Of a stretch of DNA of 64,000 nucleotides, positions 24,701 to 43,260 are shown one piece after another. Below the pieces are notes generated by a model that was not told the origin of the DNA, did not search any database, and saw nothing but the letters and a program-made list of their open reading frames with translations. The stretch lies in assembly GCA_030141605.1 (NCBI GenBank), contig JAQGDQ010000231.1, forward strand, positions 186,001-250,000. Reading direction: 5' to 3'. The number at the start of each line of letters is the position of its first letter. The first letter of the stretch is position 1. The position numbers were made by a program, and so were the translations under genes. Source of the stretch: Tubiluchus corallicola (lineage: Eukaryota > Animalia > Priapulida).

Positions 24701-25951
24701 TTTCCGATAAGTGTATAAATTACTGACTTCTCAGTGTAATTAGGTAATCATTGTTTAAATTCGTTCTTGCTGTGAAAAATTTCGTTAAGCTAGATTCAAG
24801 CGACTGTTCATAACTATACAGTACGTCTAAGTGTTAACACAGTGAATTACCATTATGAAAAATGTTGTTACTTTTTCTCACTTATTTCAAAATTCGCTGA
24901 TAGGAGAATCAGAACCATAACATTATTCTAAATCTAAAACAAAGAAATTTATCAAAATTTAGAAATAAAATCGACGTGCAAACCTTGTTTCTAAATTCTG
25001 CTAACTTTGTTTGAGATGCCTTGGTAATGAACAGTTTTGTTCCAAACCGGTCGGCAATAAATTCCATTTTGATGAAGTTACATTTATTTGCCAAAAATGG
25101 ATAATAATATTAACATACTGTATGACGACCTGTTTGCTTAATTTATGGAGAAAGCTCTGTTGGCATTCCCATGCAGACTATAATACTGTAAAAAACATAG
25201 AAGGGGTGCTCAGTATATGATACCTAGAAGGTATATGATTGCCTTTGCTAGCCATGCTTACAGTAAAATATTTTTAAACTGACAGTTTGCCAAAAATAGT
25301 GTTTTATTTTACTTAACGTTTATTTGACATTTCGTGATTTTGTTACATGCACTTTTAAAAGATTCGGCCAAGGTCACATGTTAGCCTATTGATTTTCAGT
25401 AGAAAGTCACAATCCTATCTATTTATAAATCAAAAAATGTGTCTGCATCTATAATATCTGGCCAGAGAATTTTGCTGTAAAATACCATCAAAGGTATTTT
25501 GCAATTTTGCATCACCAATAGAAAGCTGGTACATGCACATAGCACTATAAACTGTGTCCATCTTGCACTACACCATTTTCACCATTTCAGATAACATATT
25601 AATCAGTACAGATTTGTGATGCCGAGGTTAACCAGAGGAAAGCCTAATATGGTTTCCTATCATATTATATGCAAACTAGTATGTACAAACTACTAGAGCA
25701 GATGAAAATATCATTATTTCCTGTTCTTTACATATCACGCTAAGATTCTATAAACGGAACCATTTTACACAAATATGTCGTTTCGTCTTTTTTGCTTAAT
25801 TTGTCTAGGCAAAAATTTCCACTTAAATTTTTACTTTTCAGTAAAGTTTTAACAACATAATGTGTAATGAGGATAAAAACATTAAATATAGTCATAATTT
25901 CCTTACAAAATATATTTCTTATTTCTACTATATAATGCGAATTAAAAATGA

Positions 25952-26041
<90 letters not shown>
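25952..26041. repeat. (TTA)n microsatellite, ~30 units
   Basis: Perfect trinucleotide run. Confidence 0.98.
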
Positions 26042-26788
26042 AGCAAGACTGGTTCACAGTTAATAACTATTGAGCCACTCATTTCTATTTATGAAATGTT
26101 TATGAAAACAAAGTTACAATAGTGGCACCACAACATGAACAACATTCTTTAGTAGGTACAACAATTAGCTATACAAAGAAATATAATTACTGTGTAATAA
26201 AAAACGCAGTACTTTCTGGCAACAAAATAGAGTTACAACGATGACGTCATCAACATGAACATTCCTCAGTAACAATTCATTACGCTAGAAAATCCGGACC
26301 GCCCTCGACTGTTCAAAGCAGTTTCTACGTTGTTGTTTCTTCATGCCTCGGGGATATTTGGCTGTTTTACCGAAGTCGCACGGCACTTGACGCGAAAGGG
26401 CGTCAAATCTTTAACTGCTACAACATTACCTTCTGAAGTAGTTTGCAAGGATATTTGAACAAAATTCTATAGAATTGTTATTGTCTGTTACCTGGTGTTA
26501 CTAACACTATATAGCCATATTAGAATTGGACCCAGCAAACTGGTATGGGTAAGGTGTTTGTTATTAGAAATACATAATTTTTTAGATTAGACTTTTTATT
26601 AAAATCAGTGTGAAAGGATTTTTAATTTATTACAAGTTGTATGCATACGCCATTCATACAATAACATCAGTACAAACGTCAGGTAACTTAGCGCGAAATT
26701 TTAAGGTCTTTGTTACATAAGAAATTTTGGATTATTAAGTGATTTCTGTTTTGTTTTCATTATTTAAATTCTAATTATGCAGGTAACA

Positions 26789-32016
<5,228 letters not shown>

Positions 32017-33142
32017 TCTTTCTTCATCTTTGGTTTTTTTTCTTGGCACAAAGCAAAACAAAATGGTCTACTGGCTTGAGCAAAATTTCAAGTCATGTTG
32101 TCCAACGTCAAAATGGAACGAATAAGCAAATCTTAAAGTCAGAGAAACATTCTCATGCCTGCTCAGCTAGAAAATGATACTCTTTAATGACTGAACTTAT
32201 TTAAAATCACTCAGTTATTATCACTTTCTTCGAGCCCGGCTGTTATTTTATTCTGCAATGTGAGTCACTGGAGAATTTTTCGTAAGTAAATGAGCTGTGA
32301 CGAACAGCACCAATGAGGATGAGTATTAAGTCCACTGAGACAAGGTGATTAATGTAATTATAAATTTTAAGCAGAAATTTAAAGCTAATTAAAGCACCAT
32401 TGCAGAAGAATTAGACATGCAGTATGTGTTATGTAATTTTCATGTTTTTACCAAAATTTCGAGTTTTTGACACGGGAATTGGGTTAGCTTGAAAAGTAGA
32501 CCATAAAACATTACTTTTGTATCTTGACAAATTTAATAATTGTTATACTAATATATTTGTAAATCTGTAAAGCACTATTCACAATTAATATAAAAAATCA
32601 AACAAATGAATAGTATTATGTTTGTTATAGAAAATTGTTGTAAATATCAAGTTTAATTTTAAATTAAACTTTCATGTCTATTTTTGCTGAATTAACTCGC
32701 ATGTACAGTTTAGTTGCGCAATTATTGTTACATTGCGACCTACTTTAAATACTCTAAGTAGGAAATAATAGGGTAAGCCTAACTTTATTTGTTGAGAATT
32801 ATTTAAAATGGTTATACTGTTGCAACCAGTGCGACTGTGAGTATTACAAAACAGATAGGTCTTATAAAACGTCATTGTATTAGATAAGGGTAGCAAACTA
32901 AGTGGCCTTTTCATCTTTCGTTTCCCAATCTATATCATATGCTTTTATGATAACTATTGCCATTATCCTCATTATACGTTTTCATGTGTTATACTCTGTT
33001 GTTATCATATGTAAAAGAACGAATGAAAAGAGTGAAGGAATGAACAAATGAATAAATAAAGAATGGAATGGAATAGAATGGTCATTTTGCATGTGCACTG
33101 AAAGTTCGTTAAGGCATTTGACAGCCAAGTTCACTTATATTT

Positions 33143-34330
33143 GTCAATATAGTAGGATTAATTTCTTGACTTACTCCAAAAAAATTGCAAGAAAACCCTT
33201 TATGGTGAATTCTTGTAGTACATGGTCCAGAGAATAACATGTCAAAAGTAGGCCGAAATTGGAACATTACAAAGGGTCTCACTATGACGTCAAAAATGGC
33301 TGCCATTTCACCAAAATGAACTGGTAATTAGTCCATCAGAATGGTAACAAAATTGCTCATTCTGACTTAAAAGTGGGAAATTTTGCACAGTGCCGCAGGC
33401 GATTAATTTTGGTTATGAAATCAATCGAGGGATGTCCAGTATGGCCGTAATTTTCAAAATGGCCGACGATATACCTGTTGCTAGCTTATAAGGACTATAT
33501 CATAGCTATTACAAAAGATAAGATGGTGATTTTGGTGTCTAAATAATAGCAAATATAGGTTTTCAAGGCCAGTGAATCCATATCTGCTGCTTAAATGCAC
33601 CTACATAACTTCACGTCAAGATAAGATGGCGGCAAGTGTTGGGCAAAATGACAGAATTACTCATTTTGCCCTTAAAAGCATGAAACTTTGCATAATGCTA
33701 GTACCCAGCCGGTTGATAATTGTATACTTATTATAGTAATTATAGAGCAATTGGAGACTACTTACTAATGTTATTTTTAAAACATATCTAGGCACTGAAA
33801 TCATCCTACCTGCAACCGAACATTCGATATGGCCAATAAATTACAGGAGCGCCAGTTTGTGCAGCCATCTTTACGGCCTTTTTGAAATCCTAAATGAGGC
33901 GATGTTATAAAAGGATAAAGCGTCAATATGGATAATAATTTAAAGTGGGCTTCTGACCTTGAAAACCTGTGTTTACACAGCGAAATTACCATCCTGTCTG
34001 CTCTCGTAGCTAAGATATGGCACTTATAATCTAGCAACCGCCATCTTGTCGGCCGTTTTAAAAATTGCCGCCATATTGGGTGACTTTTCATTGACTACAT
34101 AAACAAAACCGTGATGGATTCTAGCATTATGCAAAGTTTCATGTTTTAGGAAAAAATGAGCAATTTTTTTACTATTCCAGTAGCCTATTCATTTTTGGCA
34201 AATGGCCCTTTGTGATAGTCCAAGTCTAGCCTACTTTTGGTATGTTATTCCCCAGGCGAAATACTACAAAACTTCATAAATAGCTTTCCTACAATTTTTG
34301 GTGGTTGAACAATTTATTTCACATATTGAC
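33143..34330. mobile_element. Foldback/MITE-like non-autonomous DNA element with ~440-bp diverged inverted arms
   Basis: Left-arm motifs gaataacatgtcaaaagtaggc, aaattgctcat, gttgctagcttataag and aggttttcaagg match the reverse complements gcctacttttggtatgttattc, atgagcaattt, cttataatctagcaac and ccttgaaaacct in mirrored order. Confidence 0.8.
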
Positions 34331-35328
34331 CCTCCTAAAATATAATCTACCATTATTTGATTATTAGATCAAGCAAGCTGCAAGATGTTAGTGTTTCTGT
34401 ATAATGTACACAAGTTATTAGCGAAAATCATTTCTTGCCTTATTTGATCACGAACAATTTTCTCATCATTCATTATTATCTTACAGTGTGACCATATTAG
34501 GCCTACGTACTTGTAATGTGCATTTGTACTGGCCTACATTTTCATGCAAGAAATTCTCACGTTTCACTGACATGTACATGTATTTTGACATTAATTTTCC
34601 TGTTTCATCATGATTAAGAAACACGCTACAAACAAATGATTGTGCATAAATAGGGACATCTAATGGCTGTTTTGATAACCATCGTCCTGACCCCCTGAAA
34701 ATGCAAAATTGCTAATTAGCCACAAGACTGTTATTTATTGCACAGACGAACAAGAGTCGGACGAGCTGCTTGTCAGCTAGTACATCCATAATTACTGAAG
34801 ACAGGAAGGTGTTTAAAAGGAAAACAGGCGAGTCTAAGTAGCCATTATCCAATCATTAACCACATACACACTGCTGCTGTAAGGCTGATGATTTACCTGC
34901 TTCTACTATTGACAGCCGGAAAGGCAGTTCGGAGGTCGTGTTCATTATATAGTATAATGCTCGTCAGCTTCAGTTTGGATAGCTTAATCTACAGTAAGAT
35001 TTAAAACAGTCAGATCTACAGTGAGATTAGATCAGTTGAAATGATTAAACACTTCCACGTAGCAGTTGTTTGTCACCTGAAAGTACACTTGTGCGATGTA
35101 TATCTACTGGCTGTAAGTGTTATTAATTAATTGGCCCCACGTAAAATCTAACAAATTTTCCTTCATCTTGATTTGCCATTTTCTGTTTAAAATTGTAGTA
35201 ATTTAATATTTCTTGCCTAACTGGAAATATTGAATTATTAATTGCTCTCTTCGAATAAGCCTGTTTTTTTTCTCGAATGTAACAGTTTTCGGTAACATGG
35301 CATAAAATGAATCATAATTAAAATTTCC

Positions 35329-36254
35329 GATGTCCGGTAAAAATGGCGCAGGAAAAAAATGGCACAAATGAAAAGTAGGTAGAAATGGCACAAAGGGAAA
35401 AGCAAAAAAAATGGCAAATATGTTGTACTGATGCAATTGATTTATATAATAAAACTAGAATTCGCTCAGTAGGAATTAGGTCTCTGCCAAAATCGAAAAA
35501 TCCTAAGCTTATTTTTGATTACAAAAATTTAAAACAAAGATAAGCAAGCAAACATGCAAAAAATGCGCCTGCATTGATATTATATAGGCTAGCAAATATC
35601 TTACAAAATATTTGTTCATTAAATAGATTTAGAACCAATAATGCACAAATGTTCCACATAGTGTTTACCTACCTTTTTAACCATTAATTTTGTCGATGGT
35701 AATAGACTAAGAAATAAATACTTATTTACATACCAAGCCACCTTGTAAGGTTATACACATTACTAAGCAAAGGTTATAGACTGGGTTACAAAGTTTTACA
35801 AACGAGAATTTCTTAAAATGGGATTGGAACTAATTCGCAGTACGTTGTTTGTCAAGGTTGAAATAACAAAAAAGAAGTACTAAACATTCCCTCTGAGACC
35901 TCCACGAAGTGATTCACGAATGATTTGTTTATTGTATGTTGTGTTCCGTCAAGTTTTGCGAAAAAAGATCCGCGAAAAGATTCTCAATTTGGCATCCAAT
36001 ACCCGCCTTTCTTCACAAAGTTTCTTGGAAATCTGTTAGGTAGTTTTTGCGTAATAAGCTTACTGCCATAACAGACAAATAACAACCAAACAAACAGTGT
36101 TGAAGCATAATTTCCTTGGCAGAGGTAAAAATAACTATAATAATTATCCCCCACGGTAATCCTTACCCTAAACTCATATTATACTAAGTGTGCCATTTTT
36201 TCCGGTGTCATTTTTTCTGTGCCATTTTTCCGTGTGCCATTTTTACCTACATTC
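35329..36254. mobile_element. Non-autonomous TIR transposon with 8-bp TSD (AAATTTCC)
   Basis: aaatttcc at 35321-35328 and 36255-36262; ends gatgtccggtaaaaatggc and the reverse complement gaatgtaggtaaaaatggc; subterminal aaaatggcac repeats in both arms. Confidence 0.75.
35452..36130 (-). mobile_element. HINE/DINE-like (non-autonomous Helentron-type) insert nested in the TIR element
   Basis: Subterminal inverted motif ctctgccaa (35482-35490) / ttggcagag (36116-36124), AAAC-type simple repeat near one end, A/T-run junctions. Confidence 0.5.
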
Positions 36255-36284
36255 AAATTTCCATGTACCAAATGCAATAGTGTA

Positions 36285-36312
<28 letters not shown>
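36285..36312. repeat. (TA)n microsatellite
   Basis: Direct reading. Confidence 0.95.
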
Positions 36313-36318
<6 letters not shown>

Positions 36319-37908
36319 GTATAATACTTGTATCTATATGTAATGCACACATTCAATGTTTTTAGAATAATAATGTAAACTAGAGCAGTTTGACTAAAAT
36401 TTCCGCACTTAATTACCTTTGATGCAGATATATAAACAACAGCAGTAATGGAATTTATTTTAGAACAATCTATTGTGAAAATGCACATGACTTGCATACA
36501 TGAACTACTGTCACCGCCTTTTGTTAGTTGCAAATGTAAATAAGAATGAAATACAATTATACCTCGTTCTACATTGTTGCAAAATGTGCTTTTGTGTTTT
36601 TTATCATTCTTACTTCAAATTACTTGTGTTACAAAAAGTTCCACATAATTTTAACTGCAGGATGCTCTGTCGTCCGAGCTGCGAGCTGTCAAACGCACAT
36701 GAAGTTAACATGCTCATGATGCTCAAACGCAATACCGCATTTTAATTCTGCTCGAAAATAAACCTCAGAACTAGCCTACCTGATGGGCTGAGAAAGACGG
36801 AAAGAAGCATTGCATCAGCTAGCTGGTGACGCCGGACAACCTTCTGAAAAGGGAATCTTGCACTTGTTATTTCCTAGTATCATACTTTATGTGTGTTATT
36901 TCTCAAGAACTTAATATCCAATAAACTTTCTCAATTTACTCAGTATAATGTACTCTAGTGTATAATTTAACAATTTCGTTACGCTCAAATAATTACTTTT
37001 AAGTTTACGGCTTCCTTTAGAAACTGTATTACGTTTTGCAAGTTACAAATCGCATTAAAAACCAGTGCTGCAGTTTGAAAATGCTTGCAATATGGTGATT
37101 CTAAGTTGTTGCAAAATGGTAGAATGCAGCGCAGGTAATATGAAGAAGAGATTGAAAGCAAAAGAGGGGGAGAAAGAGAGAGAGTGCGAGAGAAAGACAG
37201 AGTGAAAGCGAGAACGAAAACGAAAGGAGGTGAGAGCGAAAACAAAAAGGGCGAGGAGCGACAAAAAAGATAACAGTGAGCGCGGATAAAAGAGACATTA
37301 AGGATGAAAGAATCTGACAAAAAGAGAGGACCTCAGAAAGCTTTGATGTCTGCAATGAAAAACTGCAGACAAAAGACTGTGGCAAGCGGAATGGAAGAAA
37401 GAAGTGCACATCAGCAAAGAGAGATTGAAGAAAAATTCATATGTGAAAGAGAGATGTAAGGGAGAAAAGGTACCAAAAAAGTAAGTGGCTAAAAGGAAGA
37501 GTCGACTTTGATTTTAATTTTAACTCTATTACTCTGCTTTTGCACGGATCCTGCTGCACACTGGAACTAAAAATCGCAACATAAATGACAATGATAATAT
37601 CAATGGTTAATAAGTTACTTTACTTCTACCGGGTATGCTTGAAATGTTGTCCAAAAAACACAAAAAATAGATTTATTTTTCATTTCACAAAGAATATTCG
37701 TATTAGTCCGCATCTCTTTAGTTTGCTATTAATATTAATTTTTTTCCATGCATTTAAAGATACGTTCATAAAAATCAAAGAGGCATGACTATTCAGCTGA
37801 TCGTACTGAAACAACCGTAATAACAAATAACAATAACAAATACATTCCAACTTTATCTTTTTCAAAAATCGTTCAAGAAATCCACCGACAGAAGAAAGCC
37901 GGAAGCTG

Positions 37909-38444
37909 CTAAGTCGCAGGAAAAAGGTCATAGAAAAGAGTCACAATTTTAACTAGGAAAAGTCACAGGAAAAAGTTACAATTAATTTATGGTGGCCGGA
38001 AAAAAGTCAAAATTTTGGTTAGGAAAGAAAGTCAGGTAATCAGTCACAATTTATTTTAGTACCACAAACAATTAAAGTAATAAAACAGAAAATATTTTAA
38101 ATCAGTTATTAACTGGTAATACATGACTTGTACTTTTGACAACAGATGTCAAAAGGGTCAAATAACTGTACACAAACACTAAGCAGGATATTCCTCCTCT
38201 GTTGACTATAATTCTACTTTGTGAGCAAAACATTTTGTGAGTTATATCGCTAGTCTATATAATAACTAATTATTTATATAGGCATATTTTGTATGTTTAT
38301 CTGTCCGTCTTTTCCTATCAGAAAAATTAGACTAACATGTCTCGTAAATAAACAGCTTTAGGAGCGGTCTGCGTCCTACTGAGTGCATTTTAGTTTTACA
38401 TAATGTGCCCTTTACCCTGTGCCATTTTTTCCTGCGTCATTAAG
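37909..38444. mobile_element. Non-autonomous TIR element related to those at 5.8 kb and 35.3 kb
   Basis: Left cgcaggaaaaaggtca with repeated aaaagtcaca; right tgtgccattttttcctgcg is its inverse. No clear TSD. Confidence 0.5.
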
Positions 38445-38519
38445 ATTTTGCCATAGCAAAATCTTACTGTTTTTCATACAGTTATTCATTATTTATTCTC
38501 CGCCACTTTAACGCTTAAT

Positions 38520-39600
38520 AACTCCTAAGCCTTGCAAGCTAGGGTCACCAAACTCACAGGGTTGGTAGCCCTGGACGGGGACGTACAACAGTGTAGCAAC
38601 CAGTGACCACTGGTCAAGGGGGAAGGGCAGTGGGCGTTGGTCAGTTTTTCATGTAGGTCCTTTTGGTTTTTCACAAGTATTTGCGTACTGTGGGGTAGAT
38701 GTGCACCTGGGGTTTTAAAAAGCTGGCAAATTTTAAACGCCTGAGTGGGGGCCAAAATGCAAAATTTGGGACCCCCAATTGGTGACCTTTTATATGATGA
38801 GAGCTAGGGACACAAAACTCACAAGGTACACTCTCTGGGCAAAGTTATCTATGTATACACGTGACCGGAGTTGCCGGGTCAAAGGTTACGGAGCGGGCAG
38901 GTCTTCATTTATTTTTGTTTATGATCCATTTGCTTCCATAGTTTTCGGGCTAGGGCCGCAATATTTGGTATGTTGCTAGGTGGTGTCGTGGCCTTGCATA
39001 TCGCAAAATATAGCCAAATTTTCCGCTAGAGGGTAAAAACCGAAAAATGGGGCTCGGGAACAGAAGTGCACCTAGTGTTGATCAATGGTACCTTGTAGCA
39101 CATCAAATGAAAGGACTCGATGAAACGGATCGAATGACATAGGTTACAATGATAATACTTAACCAGCGACCCCGCTATGGGGCAAAAACAAAAGAATGTG
39201 GGTCGCGAACTGAAGTGCACCGAGTGTGAGCAATGGTACTTTGTAGCACTACAAATGAAACATCTCGATGAGGCGGATCGAATGGCATGGGTTGCAATGA
39301 GAATAGCTTACCCGCGAACCTCACTAGGGGGCAAAATAGGGGGTCGAGGAGATAAAGGCCTTCCAGTGTAGACCGAAATTAGTTTGTAGTACATCAAACG
39401 AAAGGTTTCGATGAGACAAACCGAATGGTGTAAGTTATGCCGAGACTGGTTGATCGCTGACCCCAGGAAGTGGCAAAAACCGAAAAATGGGGGTCGGGAA
39501 CAATGTCTATGAATAGTACCATATCAAATGAAAGGTCTTGAAGAGGCGAATCGAATGGTATAGGTTACAGTGTAAATCGTTAACCCTTTAACCGTTAATC
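38520..39600. mobile_element. Interspersed repeat with an internal tandem array of four ~130-148 bp units
   Basis: The motif caaatgaaagg..tcgatga..gatcgaatg recurs at 39104, 39252, 39395 and 39525; the preceding part repeats gctaggg.caccaaactcaca. GC-richer than its flanks. Confidence 0.65.
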
Positions 39601-41194
39601 GTTTTTACTTGAATCCCATCGCACATACAGCATACGCACGAAAAACCCAGCCGCATACTCACAAAGACTCCTACTTTATATGCACGCAATTCACAGCCAC
39701 ACATATAGTTTTCTCACACAAGTGCCAGGAATATATACATCGTGTTCACCGAAATCCCTGCTCACTAATATCTGGTACTTACACATTTCATGTTGTTGTT
39801 CCCACAAAATAAGTTAATGCAAATACTTGACACACGTACAACCTGCACAAGCAAACCCTTGCCAAATGTACCCCGCTCGCCTATTCGTGCCTCCACCACT
39901 CTTGCAACCTAAAAGTGCAAATCATTGGCATAACGTACAGCTTGCACACACTGAATCCCCATCACATATGAATGCAGCCTGCACATGTAAATCTAAACCA
40001 CGCATACAGCTGTACATGCAAATCAAAGCAACATACAACTTGTTCACTCAATTCCCCACCACACGTACAATCTGCCTACACAAATCCAAGTGGCACAGTT
40101 ACGACGAGTCATGAGTCATACTAAAGACTTGAAAAAAGGTGCTGCTGGTTTTTGCACCAATCATGTGGATTAAGGAAATAACATACCAGTAATCACAGTC
40201 ATTGCCAGTGGCGTAGGTAAGGGAGTGGGGGGAGCATATCACCCCAGGGGCACATTTCAGATGGCGACACTTTGATCAGGTGCCCTGAAGAAGTTGATTC
40301 TTCATTCAGTGGGAACAGTAGAAACATGTTACAAAACTTACATAGTGTTTGTACAGTAGGCAAATATCGTTGTCTAATATGCGCGTCGAAATACTTTTTA
40401 TATGTGCCGTGACTTGCAATAGGAATCTACAGTTGTAGTCGTAATGACGTTTTCCATTTTCATTATTTTAAAAATCGTTCAAGTTTGCAGATTGGCTGTT
40501 CGATGCCGGTGTGCGATTTTCTCAACATTAATTTAACAAACATTGCTGTTCGACGTGTATGTATTTTTCAATAAAAAGACAAGACTACTTATAGCGTTTA
40601 ATGTTGAAGCTATAAAGTAAGATGAAAATTAGTAATACACGCAGTTTTTCTCTCCTTTGTTTTTAAAATTTCTGCGCAGTACATGTCTTGAGTGAATTTA
40701 GACAACTGTAAAATACCTTTATAATAACGTTCTTTTCTGCGTTAACAATTAAAGAAGCTTCTGGTTCGTGCTTTTGAGCATGCGGGGAGGAAAAGAAGTG
40801 TTATTTCTTCACAGATAATTTCTTACAATAGTGCTTTACTATTTTATCAATTTACCTCAACAACTTATCGCAGATCCAATGAAGACTGCTAAATTTTACA
40901 AATTTGAAAACCACGCGGATTTTGCTACGTTTCCCATAGGGGTGGACAGGTGGCAAACTGGAGTCCCGCACCGGGCGCCACAAGTTCTAGTCACTGCTCA
41001 TTGCTATGCAGGTTTAGACAGTTATTCCGTGTCGGCAAAACACTCCCGAGATATTTGGTAATCTCTATACTGACTTTAAATATTGTTGTCGTTATCATCA
41101 TCCTTGTCGTCATCGTCACCATCGTTATTATTATCATAATTCCAGCCGCACATATTGTACAACCTATACATATAAATCCTAGCTACACATGAAT

Positions 41195-41725
41195 CCTACA
41201 CATGCAAATTCTCGCCACCCATGAATCTTGCGCATGAAAATCTCAGTCACACAGAAAGCCTACACATACAAATTCCCGCCAAACATAAAGCGTGCACATG
41301 CAAATTCCCACCACACGTAAAGCTTGCACATGCAAATTTCCGCCACTCATAAAGCGTATACATGCAAATTCCCGCCACACACAAAGCCTTATACATGCAA
41401 ATTCCCTCTTCACACAAAGCCTACACATGCAAATTCCCGCCACAAATCAAGCGTACACATGCAAATTCCCACCACACGTAAAGCTTGCACATGCAAATTC
41501 CCGCCACACACAAAGCCTTATGCATGGAAATTCCCGCCACACACAAAGCCTTACACATGCAAATTCCCGCCACGCACAAAGCCTTATACATGCACAAAGC
41601 CTTATACATGCAAATTCCCGCCACACACAAAGCCTACACATGCAAATTCCCGCCACATGCAAATTCTCGCGCCACACACAAAGCCTACACATGCAAATTC
41701 CCGCCACAGGTAAAGCCTGCACACA
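41195..41725. repeat. Minisatellite with 32-33 bp unit (cacatgcaaattcccgccacacacaaagccta), ~16 copies
   Basis: Direct reading; more degenerate related sequence lies at ~39600-40100. Confidence 0.95.
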
Positions 41726-42461
41726 CAAAATATCCTCGTACAGCTGCTCGCGCAAATACCAGCCATATGTACAACCAACTCGCACAAAAGCTTAACTTTA
41801 TTGTTCGTGATTTATATGACAGAAATTCCTCTACGTTTTAATTATAGTACGTTTTGCCGTAAAAAACGCTATCAATTATTTGCATGAAGGCACTTAATTC
41901 TAAGCATATTATGGGTTTCTATCAATGAACACTCATTGCTAAAAATTTCGCTTTACGCAAACCGATAAATCACGTCGCGTGCGCAAAGCATGTTGCTGTG
42001 GAAAAACAAGACAAGAAGTTCACGGTACTAAGGACGCTCTCTTTCTTTTGTTCTTAGTAGCTTGTATATATGGCACGTAATTTTCAAATGGGTAGTTTTT
42101 AAACCCTGCGCGACCCTTATTAACATTTTACAAGTTTTGTTTTTTTATAGTTTGTTGTTATATACTTTTAATGTAAAACGTGTAGTTTAGCCTAAAACCA
42201 TTATCATTTAAAGATTGAATTTTAGATCTTAGGTTTTTGATTTTAGATTTTAGATTTTTGGGTTTGATATTAGTATACCTTTTATGACATATAACGATCA
42301 AAATTTGATCATTATGCATATAAAAATTGCGGGTCCATATGAATGTGGCATATATGCCACAAAATACACTTTATAATATAGAGAACTAACATCATCATTC
42401 ATATCTTTATATTCAAATTCATATCTAAATGTAATTTAAATCTACCATTAATGTTTGGACA

Positions 42462-42656
42462 AAAATTTGGAAGAAATAAAATACACAAAAGAGTCAACGA
42501 CTAATTTATAAAATTTTTAGACGAACTTTCGACTGTAAGTCTTCATCAGAGCTTAGGCTGTTTGCTCTGATTAAGATTTATAGTCGAAAGTTCGGCTAAG
42601 AAAAATTTACAAATCTGTCATTGACTCTTTTGTGTGTTTTATGTCTTTGAAATTTT
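42462..42656. mobile_element. ~195-bp palindrome, probably Penelope-like-element derived
   Basis: ~90-bp arms (aaaatttggaagaaataaaatacacaaaagagtcaa...gaactttcgactgtaagtcttcatcagagc and its inverse) around an 11-nt spacer. Confidence 0.7.
42520..42552 (-). ncRNA. Putative minimal type I hammerhead ribozyme motif (Penelope-type)
   Basis: The minus strand reads GCU-CUGAUGA-A-GACU-UAC-AGUC-GAAA-G-UUC; the catalytic core boxes and stem II are present. Activity is untested. Confidence 0.5.
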
Positions 42657-42711
42657 GATCATTATTCATATAAAGAATAATAATAGACCCAAACGTTAAT
42701 AATGTTAGTTT

Positions 42712-43260
<549 letters not shown>

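Noticed and set aside
41243-41841. Repetitive ORFs and a CRISPR-like 32-33 bp periodicity
   Set aside because: Contiguous tandem units with no unique spacers, no cas genes, and a eukaryotic context.
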